From the NCBI GenBank assembly GCA_963716745.1, contig OY970320.1, forward strand, positions 128,001 through 192,000: DNA of 64,000 bases, in the 5' to 3' direction. A program made the position numbers and the translations under genes. Below the pieces are notes generated by a model that saw only the letters and a program-made list of their open reading frames with translations, searched no databases and was not told the origin of the DNA. Shown piece by piece: positions 18,924 to 28,355 of this stretch. This DNA is from an uncultured Gemmatimonadaceae bacterium (GTDB taxonomy: Bacteria > Gemmatimonadota > Gemmatimonadetes > Gemmatimonadales > Gemmatimonadaceae). Numbering within the stretch: position 1 is the stretch's first letter; the number at the start of each line of letters is the position of its first letter.

Positions 18924-19367
18924 AGAACGCCATCGTCGCGATGGCGCTCTCTCGGCGCCGCTGTCGCGTGCGCGAAGAAGGATGCGGCCGCGCCGCATGC
19001 GTCTACCGGCGACGTGCTGCAGACCGACCGCATTTACGCCGGCGGCGTGAAGCCGCCCGACCTGCCGTTCCCGTTCCCGCGCCCGACGTCGACGCCCACC
19101 GCCGCGAGCGGCGCGAAATTGTTCACCGCCATGAACTGCGACGGCTGTCACGGCGGCGGCGCGACGGGCTGGGTGGGGCCGAGCCTCATCGATGGCCGCT
19201 GGCGCTACGGCGGCACCGATGCCGAGGTGTTCGCATCGATCTATTTCGGGCGTCCCAAAGGCATGCCGGCGTTCGGCGGCACGCTCGCACCCGACGCGAT
19301 CTGGGACATTGTCGCGTATCTCCGATCGCTCCCGCCGCCCGAGGACGTACCGACGCAGCGATTCTAG
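18920..19367 (+). CDS. c-type cytochrome lipoprotein (cytochrome cL/XoxG-like; frameshift near 18950)
   Basis: GTGA overlap; NCDGCH heme motif, GPSL..WRYGG, GMPAFG distal Met. Confidence 0.85.
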
Positions 19368-19663
19368 GGCGCGGCCTCGCGCTCCGAGAGATCGATCGCG
19401 CCCAGTTCCCACAGCTCGGCCACGAACGATTTCGCGTCGGCCAGCGCGCGCTCGTCGGTCACGTCGAACTCCACGGTGATCTCGTGCGCGATCGACGCGA
19501 GCGACCGCGTGCCATCGGCCAGCTCCCAGAGCCGCGCGCCCACCGCGTTCACGCGCACCACTTCGCGGTCGCTCACGCGCAGCAGCGCCTCCTCACGATC
19601 GATCGCTTTCCAGCTGACCGATGGTGTGCGCCGCGGGAAGACGTTCGTGGAGCGCTCCGACAT
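19364..19663 (-). CDS. PqqD family protein (RiPP recognition element)
   Basis: 99 aa; VNAVGARLWELADG..IAHEITVEFDV..A.AD..SFVAEL..LGAI. Confidence 0.85.
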   Translation of the reverse strand: MSERSTNVFPRRTPSVSWKAIDREEALLRVSDREVVRVNAVGARLWELADGTRSLASIAHEITVEFDVTDERALADAKSFVAELWELGAIDLSEREAAP

Positions 19664-20631
19664 CAGGGCGTGACCGCCATGTCGCCGACCTTCGGCGCAC
19701 CGTTCGTGCCCGGCGTGAGCGTCACCGTCGCGGACGTCTCGTCCACCTCGGTCACCTTCGCCATGCCGATCTTCTCCGTGACCGTCTTGATCACGGCGCC
19801 CGTCGCGGGATCCTTCACCGTGCGCACCGCGCGGCTGATCACCAATTCGTCGCCCACCTTCACGCCGGCCGTGCTGCCCACGTTCAAGATGAGCGTGTTG
19901 CCGCTGACATCGGCCACTATCGCATTGATCTTTACAGCATGCACCGGCAGCGATGCGGCCTTCGTATCCAGCTGCAGGCCCACTTGATTCACCGCCTTGT
20001 GCGTCGCGTCGCCCAGCAGTGAGCTCGTGAAGTCCGAGCCCGTCATGTCGAGCGTGCCGCCGCCCGCCTTGCTGTTCGACGTACCCTGCAGGCTCACGCC
20101 GCCCGAGTGCGAGCTCTCTCCTTTGCCGGTCGCCGCGGCCACGATCTCCTCGTTCGACACGTCGATCATGCGTGCCGTGATCTCCACCACCGCCTTGGAA
20201 TTCGTGCTCGAAACGCCGCCGATCCCGAATCCCTTGACGCTCAGATTGCTCCCGCCGCCCAGCGTGGTCTGATTCGTTTCGGCGCCGAATTGGTTCACGC
20301 TCCCGATGATGATGAAGTCCACGTTCAGCAGCCGCCCGATCTTCGCGGCCGCGTCCGGATCCGTGAGCTGCCCCTGCGTGAGATTCTGCTCGGCGCCAAC
20401 CTTCTCCAGTGCGGCGCGCTCGACGACCGAGTACTTCCCGTCCTCCACGAGCTTCTGGATGAGGAGGTCGGCGATCCCGGTGCCCACATCCTGGTTCGAT
20501 CCGCCCATCGCCTGCACGGCCTGCTGCACGGATGCGTCATTGAACCGGAGCACGGCGACCTTCTTCTTTTGCGCGACGGCCGGCGCGGCCGCAACGAGCA
20601 GCCCGAGCGCGCCGAGGATGTACTTGTGCAT
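19663..20631 (-). CDS. CsgG/HfaB family protein with C-terminal FlgT-like beta domain
   Basis: Signal peptide, KVAVLRF, YSVVERAALEKV..EQ, IGRLLNVDFIIIGSV, LILNVGSTAGVKVGD. Confidence 0.8.
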   Translation of the reverse strand: MHKYILGALGLLVAAAPAVAQKKKVAVLRFNDASVQQAVQAMGGSNQDVGTGIADLLIQKLVEDGKYSVVERAALEKVGAEQNLTQGQLTDPDAAAKIGRLLNVDFIIIGSVNQFGAETNQTTLGGGSNLSVKGFGIGGVSSTNSKAVVEITARMIDVSNEEIVAAATGKGESSHSGGVSLQGTSNSKAGGGTLDMTGSDFTSSLLGDATHKAVNQVGLQLDTKAASLPVHAVKINAIVADVSGNTLILNVGSTAGVKVGDELVISRAVRTVKDPATGAVIKTVTEKIGMAKVTEVDETSATVTLTPGTNGAPKVGDMAVTP

Positions 20632-20694
20632 GGCTCTGCCTCACCGAGTGCGGGGATCGACGGTCTAGAAATACGGATGTCGGGCAGGGCCGTC

Positions 20695-20782
20695 AACTAC
20701 AGAGCCAGACGTTAGACCTAGACGCTAGAATGCATCCGTACTTGCTTCCTAGCGTCTAGGTCTAGCGTCTAGGTCTGCAGTT
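20695..20782. repeat. imperfect ~35-bp inverted repeat of TAGACC/TAGACGC units
   Basis: AACTACAGAGCCAGACGTTAGACCTAGACGCTAG ... CTAGCGTCTAGGTCTAGCGTCTAGGTCTGCAGTT. Confidence 0.85.
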
Positions 20783-22029
20783 CCCTGAGCCGCCGCTCAA
20801 GGAATCGCCGCTGCGGTTCCTGATATGTGAGCTCGAGCGCCCGCGCGTATGACTGCCGCGCCTGTGCGTTCTCGCCGAGGCGCCGGCAGAGGTCCGCGCG
20901 CGCCGAGTGAGCCGGCTGGTAATCGGCGAGTTCGCCTTTCGCGAACAGATCGTCGATGATGCGCAGACCGGCCAGCGGGCCGTCGCGCATCGCGATCGCG
21001 GCGGCGCGGTTCAGCGCGATCACCGGAGATGGATCGGCGCGCAACAAGAGATCGTACAGCACCACGATGCGCGTCCAATCGGTCTCCTCCGCCTTCGTCG
21101 CGCTCGCATGCACGGCCGCGATGGCCGCCTGCAGGGCGTAGGGTCCCACGGCCCGTGTCGAAAGCGCGAGGTCGGCGAGTCGCGAACCCTCCGCGATCTG
21201 ATCGCGGTCCCACAGCGAGCGATCCTGTTCGGTGAGCAGCACGAGTTCGCCCGAGTCTGTGGCGCGCGCGGCCCGCCGCGATTCCTGGAGCAGCATGAGG
21301 GCCAGAAGACCTTGGGCCTCGGGCTCGGGCAGGAGCTCCACGAGTAGCGTGCCCAGGCGGATCGCCTCGCGCGAGAGATCGTGCCGCGTGAGCGAGGGCC
21401 CCGAATGTCGCCGCGTAGCCCTCGTTGTACACGAGATAGATGACGTGCAGCACGCTCTCGAGCCGTTCGGGGAGGTCAGCTCGCGCCGGGATCTGATAGG
21501 GGATGTGCGCATCGCGGATCTTGCTCTTCGCGCGCACAATGCGCTGGGCCAGCGTGGGCGCGCCGGTCAGGAACGCGTGCGCGATCTCTTCCGTCGTGAG
21601 GCCGCAGACTTCGCGCAACGTGAGCGCGATCTGCGCGTCGGGTGCGAGCGCGGGATGGCAGCAGGTGAAGATGAGCCGCAGGCGGTCGTCGGCGACATCA
21701 TCATCATCGCCGGCGGCGTTGTTCGCGCCGGCATCCAATGCCAGGCGCGCGGCGATCTCGTCGGCGCGCTCGTCGAAGCGCGCGCGGCGCCGCAGCGCGT
21801 CGATCGCCTTGTGGCGTCCGGTGGACACCAGCCATGCGCGGGGGTTCGCCGGTGTTCCCGTGCGTGGCCACTGCTCGATCGCCGCGCTGAACGCATCGTG
21901 CATGGCCTCCTCGGCGGCATCGAAGTCGCCGAGGAGGCGGATGAGCGTCGCGAGCACCCGCCGCGAATCGGAGCGGTAGATCGCCTCGACCGCGTGGTGG
22001 TGCGTCGCGTCCGCGTCATCCGTCAGCAC
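20769..22029 (-). CDS. ECF42-type RNA polymerase sigma factor with C-terminal TPR extension (frameshift near 21400)
   Basis: DDRLRLIFTCCHPAL, ALTLREVCGLTTEEIA, LIYLVYNEGY-like segment, QDRSLWD, GPYALQAAIAAVH, SPVIALNRA. Confidence 0.92.
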
Positions 22030-22030
22030 G

Positions 22031-22387
22031 TTACGTCCTCGTGATCTGCCGGATCGGGCGCACCTCGATGCTCCCCGTGCGTGCGGACGGGATCCGGCCA
22101 GCCAACTGGATCGCCTCGTTCAGATCGCGCGCCTCGATCATGTAGAAGCCGCCGAGCTGCTCCTTCGTCTCGGCGAACGGCCCATCCGTCGTGGAGGCCT
22201 TGCCGTTCTTGACGCGCACCGTGGTGGCGGTCTGCACCGGCTCGAGCGCCTCACCCGCGATGTAGTTGCCGCTCTTCTTGATCGCTTCGGTGAAGGCATG
22301 GTAGTCGCCCATGAACGCTTCGCCATCGCTCTTGGTCATCGTGCCCATCTTCTTCTCTTCGTCGTAGATCAGGCAGAGATACTTCAT
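22031..22387 (-). CDS. YCII/DGPF family protein
   Basis: TDGPFAETKEQLGGFY..IEVRP. Confidence 0.95.
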   Translation of the reverse strand: MKYLCLIYDEEKKMGTMTKSDGEAFMGDYHAFTEAIKKSGNYIAGEALEPVQTATTVRVKNGKASTTDGPFAETKEQLGGFYMIEARDLNEAIQLAGRIPSARTGSIEVRPIRQITRT

Positions 22388-22431
22388 AGCTCCCTCCGGA
22401 TGGTTCGTTCAACAACTGTGGACGGGAGATG

Positions 22432-22458
22432 GTCGATTTGAAGGGCATGAAATCGACA
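22432..22458 (-). promoter_or_regulatory. ECF42-type promoter
   Basis: TGTCGA-N17-CGAC upstream of the YCII-sigma operon. Confidence 0.65.
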
Positions 22459-22471
22459 TCGGCGTCGATAC

Positions 22472-22552
22472 TGCAGACCTAGACGCTAGACCTAGACGCT
22501 AGAATACGGGTGTAGAGTATTCTAGCGTCTAGGTCTAGCGTCTAGGTCTGCA
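22472..22552. repeat. perfect 36-bp inverted repeat with 9-nt loop
   Basis: TGCAGACCTAGACGCTAGACCTAGACGCTAGAATAC-GGGTGTAGA-exact reverse complement. Confidence 0.95.
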
Positions 22553-22567
22553 CTACCGACTGGATGC

Positions 22568-22598
22568 AGAACGGGCCCGGCAGAATCTGCCGGGCCCG
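22568..22598 (-). terminator. hairpin terminator downstream of the pilin gene
   Basis: CGGGCCCGGCAG-AAT-CTGCCGGGCCCG, followed by TTCT on the minus strand. Confidence 0.6.
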
Positions 22599-22631
22599 CT
22601 AAGTATTACTGAAGCTACAGCAGCTTCGGAA

Positions 22632-23010
22632 CTACTGGCACTTGATCACGCCATCGCCGACGCCGGCGATCGAGTCCGAACCGAAACCGACTTCACACGT
22701 GATCGCGGTCGCCGGGTGCGACGTGTTCGCCGCCCAACCCGTGCCCTTCGCATCCGTCACGGTCGCGATCACAGCCTGCGACGCCGTGAAGTTCATGTTC
22801 GCGAGCACCGTGGTGTACGTCTGGTTGTCCGCGAAGTACGCTCTCCTGCGCGGTCGCCATGTTACGAAGGTCGGACTTCATCGACGCGACGTAGGCCTTC
22901 TCCTTCGTGTTGGCGAACTTCGGAATCGCGATCGCGGCCAGAATGCCGATGATGACCACGACGATCAGAAGCTCGATCAGCGTAAAGCCCTTCTTGGCGG
23001 TGGAGCGCAT
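22632..23010 (-). CDS. type IV pilin (frameshift near 22842)
   Basis: KKG/FTLIELLIVVVIIGILAAIAIPKF prepilin motif; C-terminal Cys pair (ITC..IKCQ) after the frame change. Confidence 0.92.
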
Positions 23011-23089
23011 GGTGACTTTCTCCTGAGAGGTAGTGAACCGCGACGAGCGCGGCAGTGAGTTCCAACGGAACGCGTTGGCCTTACATATG

Positions 23090-23104
23090 GCAGGAAGGAG
23101 GCCA
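23090..23104 (-). promoter_or_regulatory. sigma54-like promoter (proximal)
   Basis: TGGCCTCCTTCCTGC, GG-N10-GC. Confidence 0.45.
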
Positions 23105-23178
23105 GCGCTCCGTGGATCGCCTAAGTCCTTTACGGGAAGGCACTTCGCCGCGTTGCCGTCGCGCGGGCCAGTGTGTTC

Positions 23179-23193
23179 GCATATGGCATGCCG
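23179..23193 (-). promoter_or_regulatory. sigma54-like promoter (distal)
   Basis: CGGCATGCCATATGC, GG-N10-GC. Confidence 0.45.
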
Positions 23194-23319
23194 CCATTCG
23201 TCGGGCATTTTGCGATTCCAAAATGTGACCAGAATCGGCCTGGGCGTGATAGTTGACATCATTCCAACGCTCCAGGAGCTATTCGCCGCAATTCTTGGTG
23301 ATAGAGGGCGGGCGCGTTC

Positions 23320-24075
23320 TTACCGACCGAGTACGGCGATAGCCGCCAGGAGAGGCGCCTGCGAGATCTGGATGAATCCGGCGAATGGGGAGTACATCTC
23401 CAGGATCAGCAGCAGCGCACCCGCCACGCTTAGTGCGGAAACGAAGAAGCTGCCGACGACCGTGAAATTGCGCGGCGCGAACAGTCCGAAGCTGATGAAA
23501 ATGAGTGTGAGCCACACGATGAGCATGACGACGAGCGGCATTGATACTCCCGTCACGCTCTGCTCGTACATCAGAAACCGCGTGCGACCCACGTCGAGCA
23601 TGATGCCGGACGCCTGCGACTTCAGTGTCCGCTGGGTGTCATCCTTCGGTTGCAGCGCCTCGATCTGGTCGAAGAGCTCATCGCCCTTGCTCGAGGGCGC
23701 GCTGTTCGCCGACGCCTTCGCGCCCCGGGGGGCCCAGAGGCGCTGCCGGAACGTCTCCGCCGCGTCGCGCAGCGTTGCGCGCGCCGGCCCGCTCTCCGGG
23801 CCGTAGTGCACGAGCACGCGATCGAGCAGAACCATGTTCGCCGAGATCTGCGTGAGCTCGTTCCCTTGGGTGTCGTACGAGCTTTTGGCCGATGCGACCA
23901 GCAGGCCGAGCACGAGTGCGACCATCGTGCCGACGAACCCCATCCCGACTTTGATCGAATCGCGCGAGTCGCTCTGCAGATGATCGCCCGGCAGCGCTGC
24001 GCGCACGAACATGCCGGCCACTGCACCGCCGAAGATGCAGGCGAACATCGCGAGGCTGATCTCGACGGGACCCAT
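23320..24075 (-). CDS. DUF4239-like membrane protein
   Basis: ALVLGLLVASAKSSYD, LILEMYSPFAG; four TM segments. Confidence 0.75.
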   Translation of the reverse strand: MGPVEISLAMFACIFGGAVAGMFVRAALPGDHLQSDSRDSIKVGMGFVGTMVALVLGLLVASAKSSYDTQGNELTQISANMVLLDRVLVHYGPESGPARATLRDAAETFRQRLWAPRGAKASANSAPSSKGDELFDQIEALQPKDDTQRTLKSQASGIMLDVGRTRFLMYEQSVTGVSMPLVVMLIVWLTLIFISFGLFAPRNFTVVGSFFVSALSVAGALLLILEMYSPFAGFIQISQAPLLAAIAVLGR

Positions 24076-24196
24076 TGCGTTCCTCTCGCGTGAGGTGTGC
24101 GACGACAGCAATCATACGTCATGATGGGGGCGGTCACCACCCGCGACCTCGGCGAACTGGTCGAAACCTCGCGTCCGGAGTTATCGTTCCCATATC

Positions 24197-24688
24197 GTGA
24201 CCAATCCTCCATCGCACGTGCCGGCCGCGCTCGCGGGACCGGTGATGATCCCCGACGATTACATCCCGGAGCGCTCGGGCGTCACGTCAGTCATGTCCAG
24301 CGTCGGCCGCAGCGGCGAGTGGGTACTGCCGCGGCTGTTCCGCGTCGTGGCGGTGATGGGCGAGGCGGTGCTGGACCTGTCCCACGTGCAATTGGGCGCG
24401 GGCGCGTCGGACATCGAGGTCGTGGCGGTCATGGGGCAGGTGACGATCCTCGTGCCGCACAATCTGCGCGTGCAGGTCGAGGGCCACCCGGTGATGGGCG
24501 AGTTCAAGCTCAAGTCCAAGGTGCCGTCGGCGGCGCTGGTCGATGCGCCGATGATCCGCGTGCGCGGCACCGCGTTCATGTCGGGCGTGATCGTGAAGGT
24601 GGTGGACCCTCTCGCGCTGGGTTGGCGCGACCGGATGCGCCAACGCAAGCTCGCGCGGTTGGCCGAGGACGGAGAACTGGACGTCTAG
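24197..24688 (+). CDS. LiaF/DUF1707-associated C-terminal domain protein
   Basis: AVMGEAVLDL..AVMGQVTILVP..FMSGV repeated beta motifs. Confidence 0.7.
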   Translation: MTNPPSHVPAALAGPVMIPDDYIPERSGVTSVMSSVGRSGEWVLPRLFRVVAVMGEAVLDLSHVQLGAGASDIEVVAVMGQVTILVPHNLRVQVEGHPVMGEFKLKSKVPSAALVDAPMIRVRGTAFMSGVIVKVVDPLALGWRDRMRQRKLARLAEDGELDV

Positions 24689-25920
24689 CTGCGCGGCCGT
24701 TCGGCGCTGCGCAGCCCTGCGATCGCCATCGCGCCGATGCCCGTGACTGCCACGAGCATTGCGATCCAGAGCACCGCGGCGTGACGCTCGGTCCACGGGC
24801 GCTCGTCGCCGCGTCCCGTGTAGGCCGCGTTCGCCGACGGCGGGCCCAGTGAAGCGAGCGCCGCACCCGTGTCCTCGTGGAAGAAGTTCGCGAAGTCGTA
24901 GCGCGGCAGCATCAATCGCGCGTCTCCATAGTAGAGCTTGACGCCGGCGCGCGCGGGCGGATCGAAGTACACTCGGCGCTGCAAGACTTGCGGCTGCGCG
25001 TGCGCGATCAGGAGTGGGGGGTCGTCGCCGTTGTCGATCGTGAGGGTGAGGCGCCCGGTCGAGTCGTTCGTGGCGCTCACCGCCAATTGCTCGGAGATCG
25101 CGGTCTGGCCGCCGCGCGTCATGCGCACGCGGGTGATCGCGGCCGCGCCGAGTGCCGCGCCGCTGTCCATGCCGATGGTCACCAGGCGCCGGAAGTTCAC
25201 CTGCGGCAGCGGCACCGTGAACAGCACGCGGTCGACCGGCGCCCGAATCGGAACCACGCACTTGATGATCGACGTCCGCCCACGGCGCTCCGGCGCGCCG
25301 CACTCTCCCGCGTCGGTCCACTTGGCGTCGCGCTCCTGCACCAGCGACACGGTCGCGCCGCGAACCTGGTCGGGCCGGATCCCGGGCGTGAGCCGCACGT
25401 GCACGTACCGGAACGTCCATGGGGGCACGGCGATCGTGAAATTGTCGCCGAGATGCTCGCGCGAGAAGTCGAACAGCGTGGACGGCGCCGGCCACGTCGC
25501 GCCCGCCGCCCGCGCGCCCGGCGCATCGCCCGCGGTGGCGTACGCCGAGGCGGCGAAGTCCTTCGCCGAGAGCAAGAGCGTGATGCGATTGTACTCGGGG
25601 ACTTTGGCGAGATCGAGATCGAACTCCGTGTGATCGCCGCGGCTCGACACGTTGAGCACTTTCACCGGCGATTCCACCTGCAGGGCGCCGCCGCGCGCTT
25701 CCACGAGCGCGTACGGCACCTGATCCTCACCGTTGTACAGCCGCACGTCGGCAAGATCGGGGCGGGCGTTCGCCCACATGTCGGCGTCCACGATCAGGTA
25801 ATTCTGCACGTCGGGCGTGGCGATGACCACGTCGCGCATGCGCGTGAAGAAGGCGATCTTCGGCTCGGGATCGAGCGCCGCGATCGTCGCGAAGAGCAGC
25901 AACCAAATGGCTCGTCTCAC
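24685..25920 (-). CDS. DUF3999-like secreted protein with C-terminal membrane anchor
   Basis: DLADVRLY..VPY, IDNGDDPPL, LYYG..PRYD, C-terminal TM helix. Confidence 0.7.
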   Translation of the reverse strand: MRRAIWLLLFATIAALDPEPKIAFFTRMRDVVIATPDVQNYLIVDADMWANARPDLADVRLYNGEDQVPYALVEARGGALQVESPVKVLNVSSRGDHTEFDLDLAKVPEYNRITLLLSAKDFAASAYATAGDAPGARAAGATWPAPSTLFDFSREHLGDNFTIAVPPWTFRYVHVRLTPGIRPDQVRGATVSLVQERDAKWTDAGECGAPERRGRTSIIKCVVPIRAPVDRVLFTVPLPQVNFRRLVTIGMDSGAALGAAAITRVRMTRGGQTAISEQLAVSATNDSTGRLTLTIDNGDDPPLLIAHAQPQVLQRRVYFDPPARAGVKLYYGDARLMLPRYDFANFFHEDTGAALASLGPPSANAAYTGRGDERPWTERHAAVLWIAMLVAVTGIGAMAIAGLRSAERPRS

Positions 25921-25929
25921 GGATGGGCC

Positions 25930-27803
25930 TCACTCTCGTCGTGCGGCATCTCGGATCCAGCCGCGCTGGTACATGAACGAGACGCCGAGCAGCAGCGCGC
26001 CGAGCACGATGAAGCTCACGACGCGGTAGCCGCGGTCCAGCTCGGAGATGTCGAAGGCGAACACCTTCACGATGGTGATGGCGATAAGGATGAGCGCCAT
26101 CCAGCGGAGATCGGCGTTGCGCTTCATGAACCCGGCGGTCATGAGGCCGGCGCCGTACAGCATCCAGAGTCCGGAATACGTGAAGCCTTCTTGCATGCGC
26201 AGGCTCGCGTCGAACGTGGCGTGCGACCGCTCGAACGCGAAGTGATCGCTCACCTCTCGCGACAGGGCGAGGATCGCGAGGAAATTCATGACCACCACGG
26301 CGAGGCGCGCGCCGTTGCGGCTGTTGTCGTCGCTGCGCCGCGCGCCGTAGTGCGCGAACACGGCGAGGATCGCGATCACCACGGCGTTCGCAGCAAGGCG
26401 CGCATTGAGGAACTGCGTCTCCATGCGGACGTCGTCCACGGCGATCAGCCGGCCCACGCTGAGCGCGAGCGCCGCCGCACCGAGGCCGGCAATGAGATCG
26501 GAGCGCATCCGCGTGCCCACCCCGAGCAGGACGGCCGCTTCCACTGCCCAGCCAATGGTGATCCAGTGGCCGTCGAGCCGGATCGGGATCGCGATGGTCA
26601 CGAAGCCCACCGCGAGCGCGAGATGCACCATTGGCAGCTGGGCGCGCACGGGCGCGCTCGCGCGCGATGCGGCGGGCGTGCGTGAGAGCGCGACGTAGAA
26701 TGCCGCGAGCGCGAGCGCGACCCACGCGGCGGCCTGCGGGTATGGCTCCTGGAGCATCACGTAGATCTGCGCGAAATAGAGGATCGCGCTGCCGAGCGTG
26801 AGCAGCACCGGGAACGCCGGCAGGTCCGTCTGGTCGTCGCCCGGCGCACGTGCCAGGATCGGCGCCGCCGCGAACACCAGGAAGAAGACCGTCGCGAACG
26901 CCGCCGTCGGCAGGATCTGTGTGACGTCGTAGAACTCCGAGTACCAGCCCGTATAGAAGAAGAGTGTTCCGATGAAGCTGAGCGCGAGCAGCCGGCGCCA
27001 GGGGCGCTGCGCCGCGAGCACCACGCTCGCGATGTCGAGCAGCATTACGTAGGAGAAGAGCTGCAGCTCTCGGTTCTCTCCGGTGGAGAGAAGCAACGGC
27101 GTGGCGAAGCCACCAACCAACGCGAGGGCCGCCAGGATCTCCTCGTTCTGCGCGAGCGCCATCGCGATGCCGGAGCCCGTCACGATCATCATCGCGACCG
27201 ACGCGGCCGATCCCGGGATGAGATGGTAGAGCTGGAACGCGGCCCAGAGCGACAGGTAGAGCGTGCCGATGCCCACGGCTTTGAGCGCGATCGAGAAGTA
27301 CTGGTAGCCCCGCGTGCGGAAGCGCTCGCTCCACACCAGCACCGCGATCCCCGCGAGCAGGCCAATGGCGATGCGGCCCGCCGGCCCGATCCATCCGTTC
27401 GTGAACACGAGCTTGAGGAAATAGGCCACGCCCACGAGCATGGCCGCAATGCCGATGCGATTCAGCCAGTGCGCGCCGATCCGGGATTCCATCTGCGAAG
27501 TCTCGCGCGCGAAGCGGGCGACGCTCGGCGGCATCGCAGCGGGTGCAACGGGCGCAGCGGGCGCAGCGGGTGCAGCGGGCTGCAGCGGGTGCAGCGGACG
27601 CGGTCCCGCCGGCGGCGCGCGAGCGGCGCACCGCCTCCTCCCACATCTCGCCCGGGGTGGGCCCCAATGTAGTAGTCGCGGCTGGGGGCGCCGCGGCCGT
27701 GCTGCTTCTATTTGCTAGTGATCGTTCGAGGCGATCCAACCGGTCGGCCAAAGCGCGCAACGCCGCGCGGATCTCTTTGATCTCAGAATGGTGCGTCGGC
27801 CAC
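25930..27803 (-). CDS. DUF2339 multi-pass membrane protein (frameshifts near 27790 and 27590)
   Basis: ESRIGAHWLNRIG, GWIGPAGR, KVFAFDISELD..YRVVSFIVLG; GGAGGAG RBS before the GTG at 27803; Ala/Pro linker. Confidence 0.8.
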
Positions 27804-27914
27804 GAACTCCTCCCGGCAGTGGGTGGTCGCACATTTCGATTGTATCGCCCGAAGCCTGGGCGCGCTAGCTTAGCGGAGCCGATCCGCTGGCCCACCTCTT
27901 GCTATCGAGTCGCC

Positions 27915-28355
27915 ATGAACAAACGTCCATTCCTCGCCGCTCTCGCCCTGCTCGCCGCGTGCATGTCGCACCCCACCGCCACGTACGTGAAGTCGCCCGG
28001 GCCTGCCGCGCGCCCGTTCTCCGCCGCGGTCATCGTGAACGGGATGGTCTACCTCTCGGGACAGATCGGCGTCGACAGCACCGGCACAAAGCCGGTGGCC
28101 GGCGGCATCGGGCCGGAGACGAAGGCCGCGATGGAGCAGATCAAGGCGCTGCTCGAGGCGAACGGCTCATCGATGAACAACGTCGTGAAATGCACGGTCA
28201 TGCTGGCCGACATCGGCGAATGGGCGCAGATGAATGCGGTGTACGTCACCTTCTTTCCCGACAACAAGCCGGCGCGCAGCGCCTTCGGCACCTCCGGCCT
28301 CGCGATCGGCGCGCGCGTGGAGATCGAGTGCGTCGGCGCGGTGATCGCGAAATGA
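27915..28355 (+). CDS. RidA/YjgF family protein with lipoprotein signal
   Basis: PFSAAV, VYLSGQIG, VVKCTVML, MNAVY..F..PARS, VEIEC; lipobox LAAC. Confidence 0.9.
   Translation: MNKRPFLAALALLAACMSHPTATYVKSPGPAARPFSAAVIVNGMVYLSGQIGVDSTGTKPVAGGIGPETKAAMEQIKALLEANGSSMNNVVKCTVMLADIGEWAQMNAVYVTFFPDNKPARSAFGTSGLAIGARVEIECVGAVIAK

Noticed and set aside
17100..20700. Complete PQQ biosynthesis cluster or PqqA precursor
   Set aside because: No pqqB, pqqC or pqqE, and no short ExxxY precursor ORF found by eye
20695..22552. CRISPR array from the TAGAC repeats
   Set aside because: Units are 6-7 bp tandem and inverted, with no unique spacers and no cas genes
24163..24188. ECF-type promoter GAAAC-N17-CGTT before the LiaF-like gene
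   Set aside because: Plausible but too short and degenerate to support without comparative data
27535..27600. 9-bp GCGGG(T/C)GCA tandem repeats
   Set aside because: They encode the Ala-Pro-Ala linker of the DUF2339 protein
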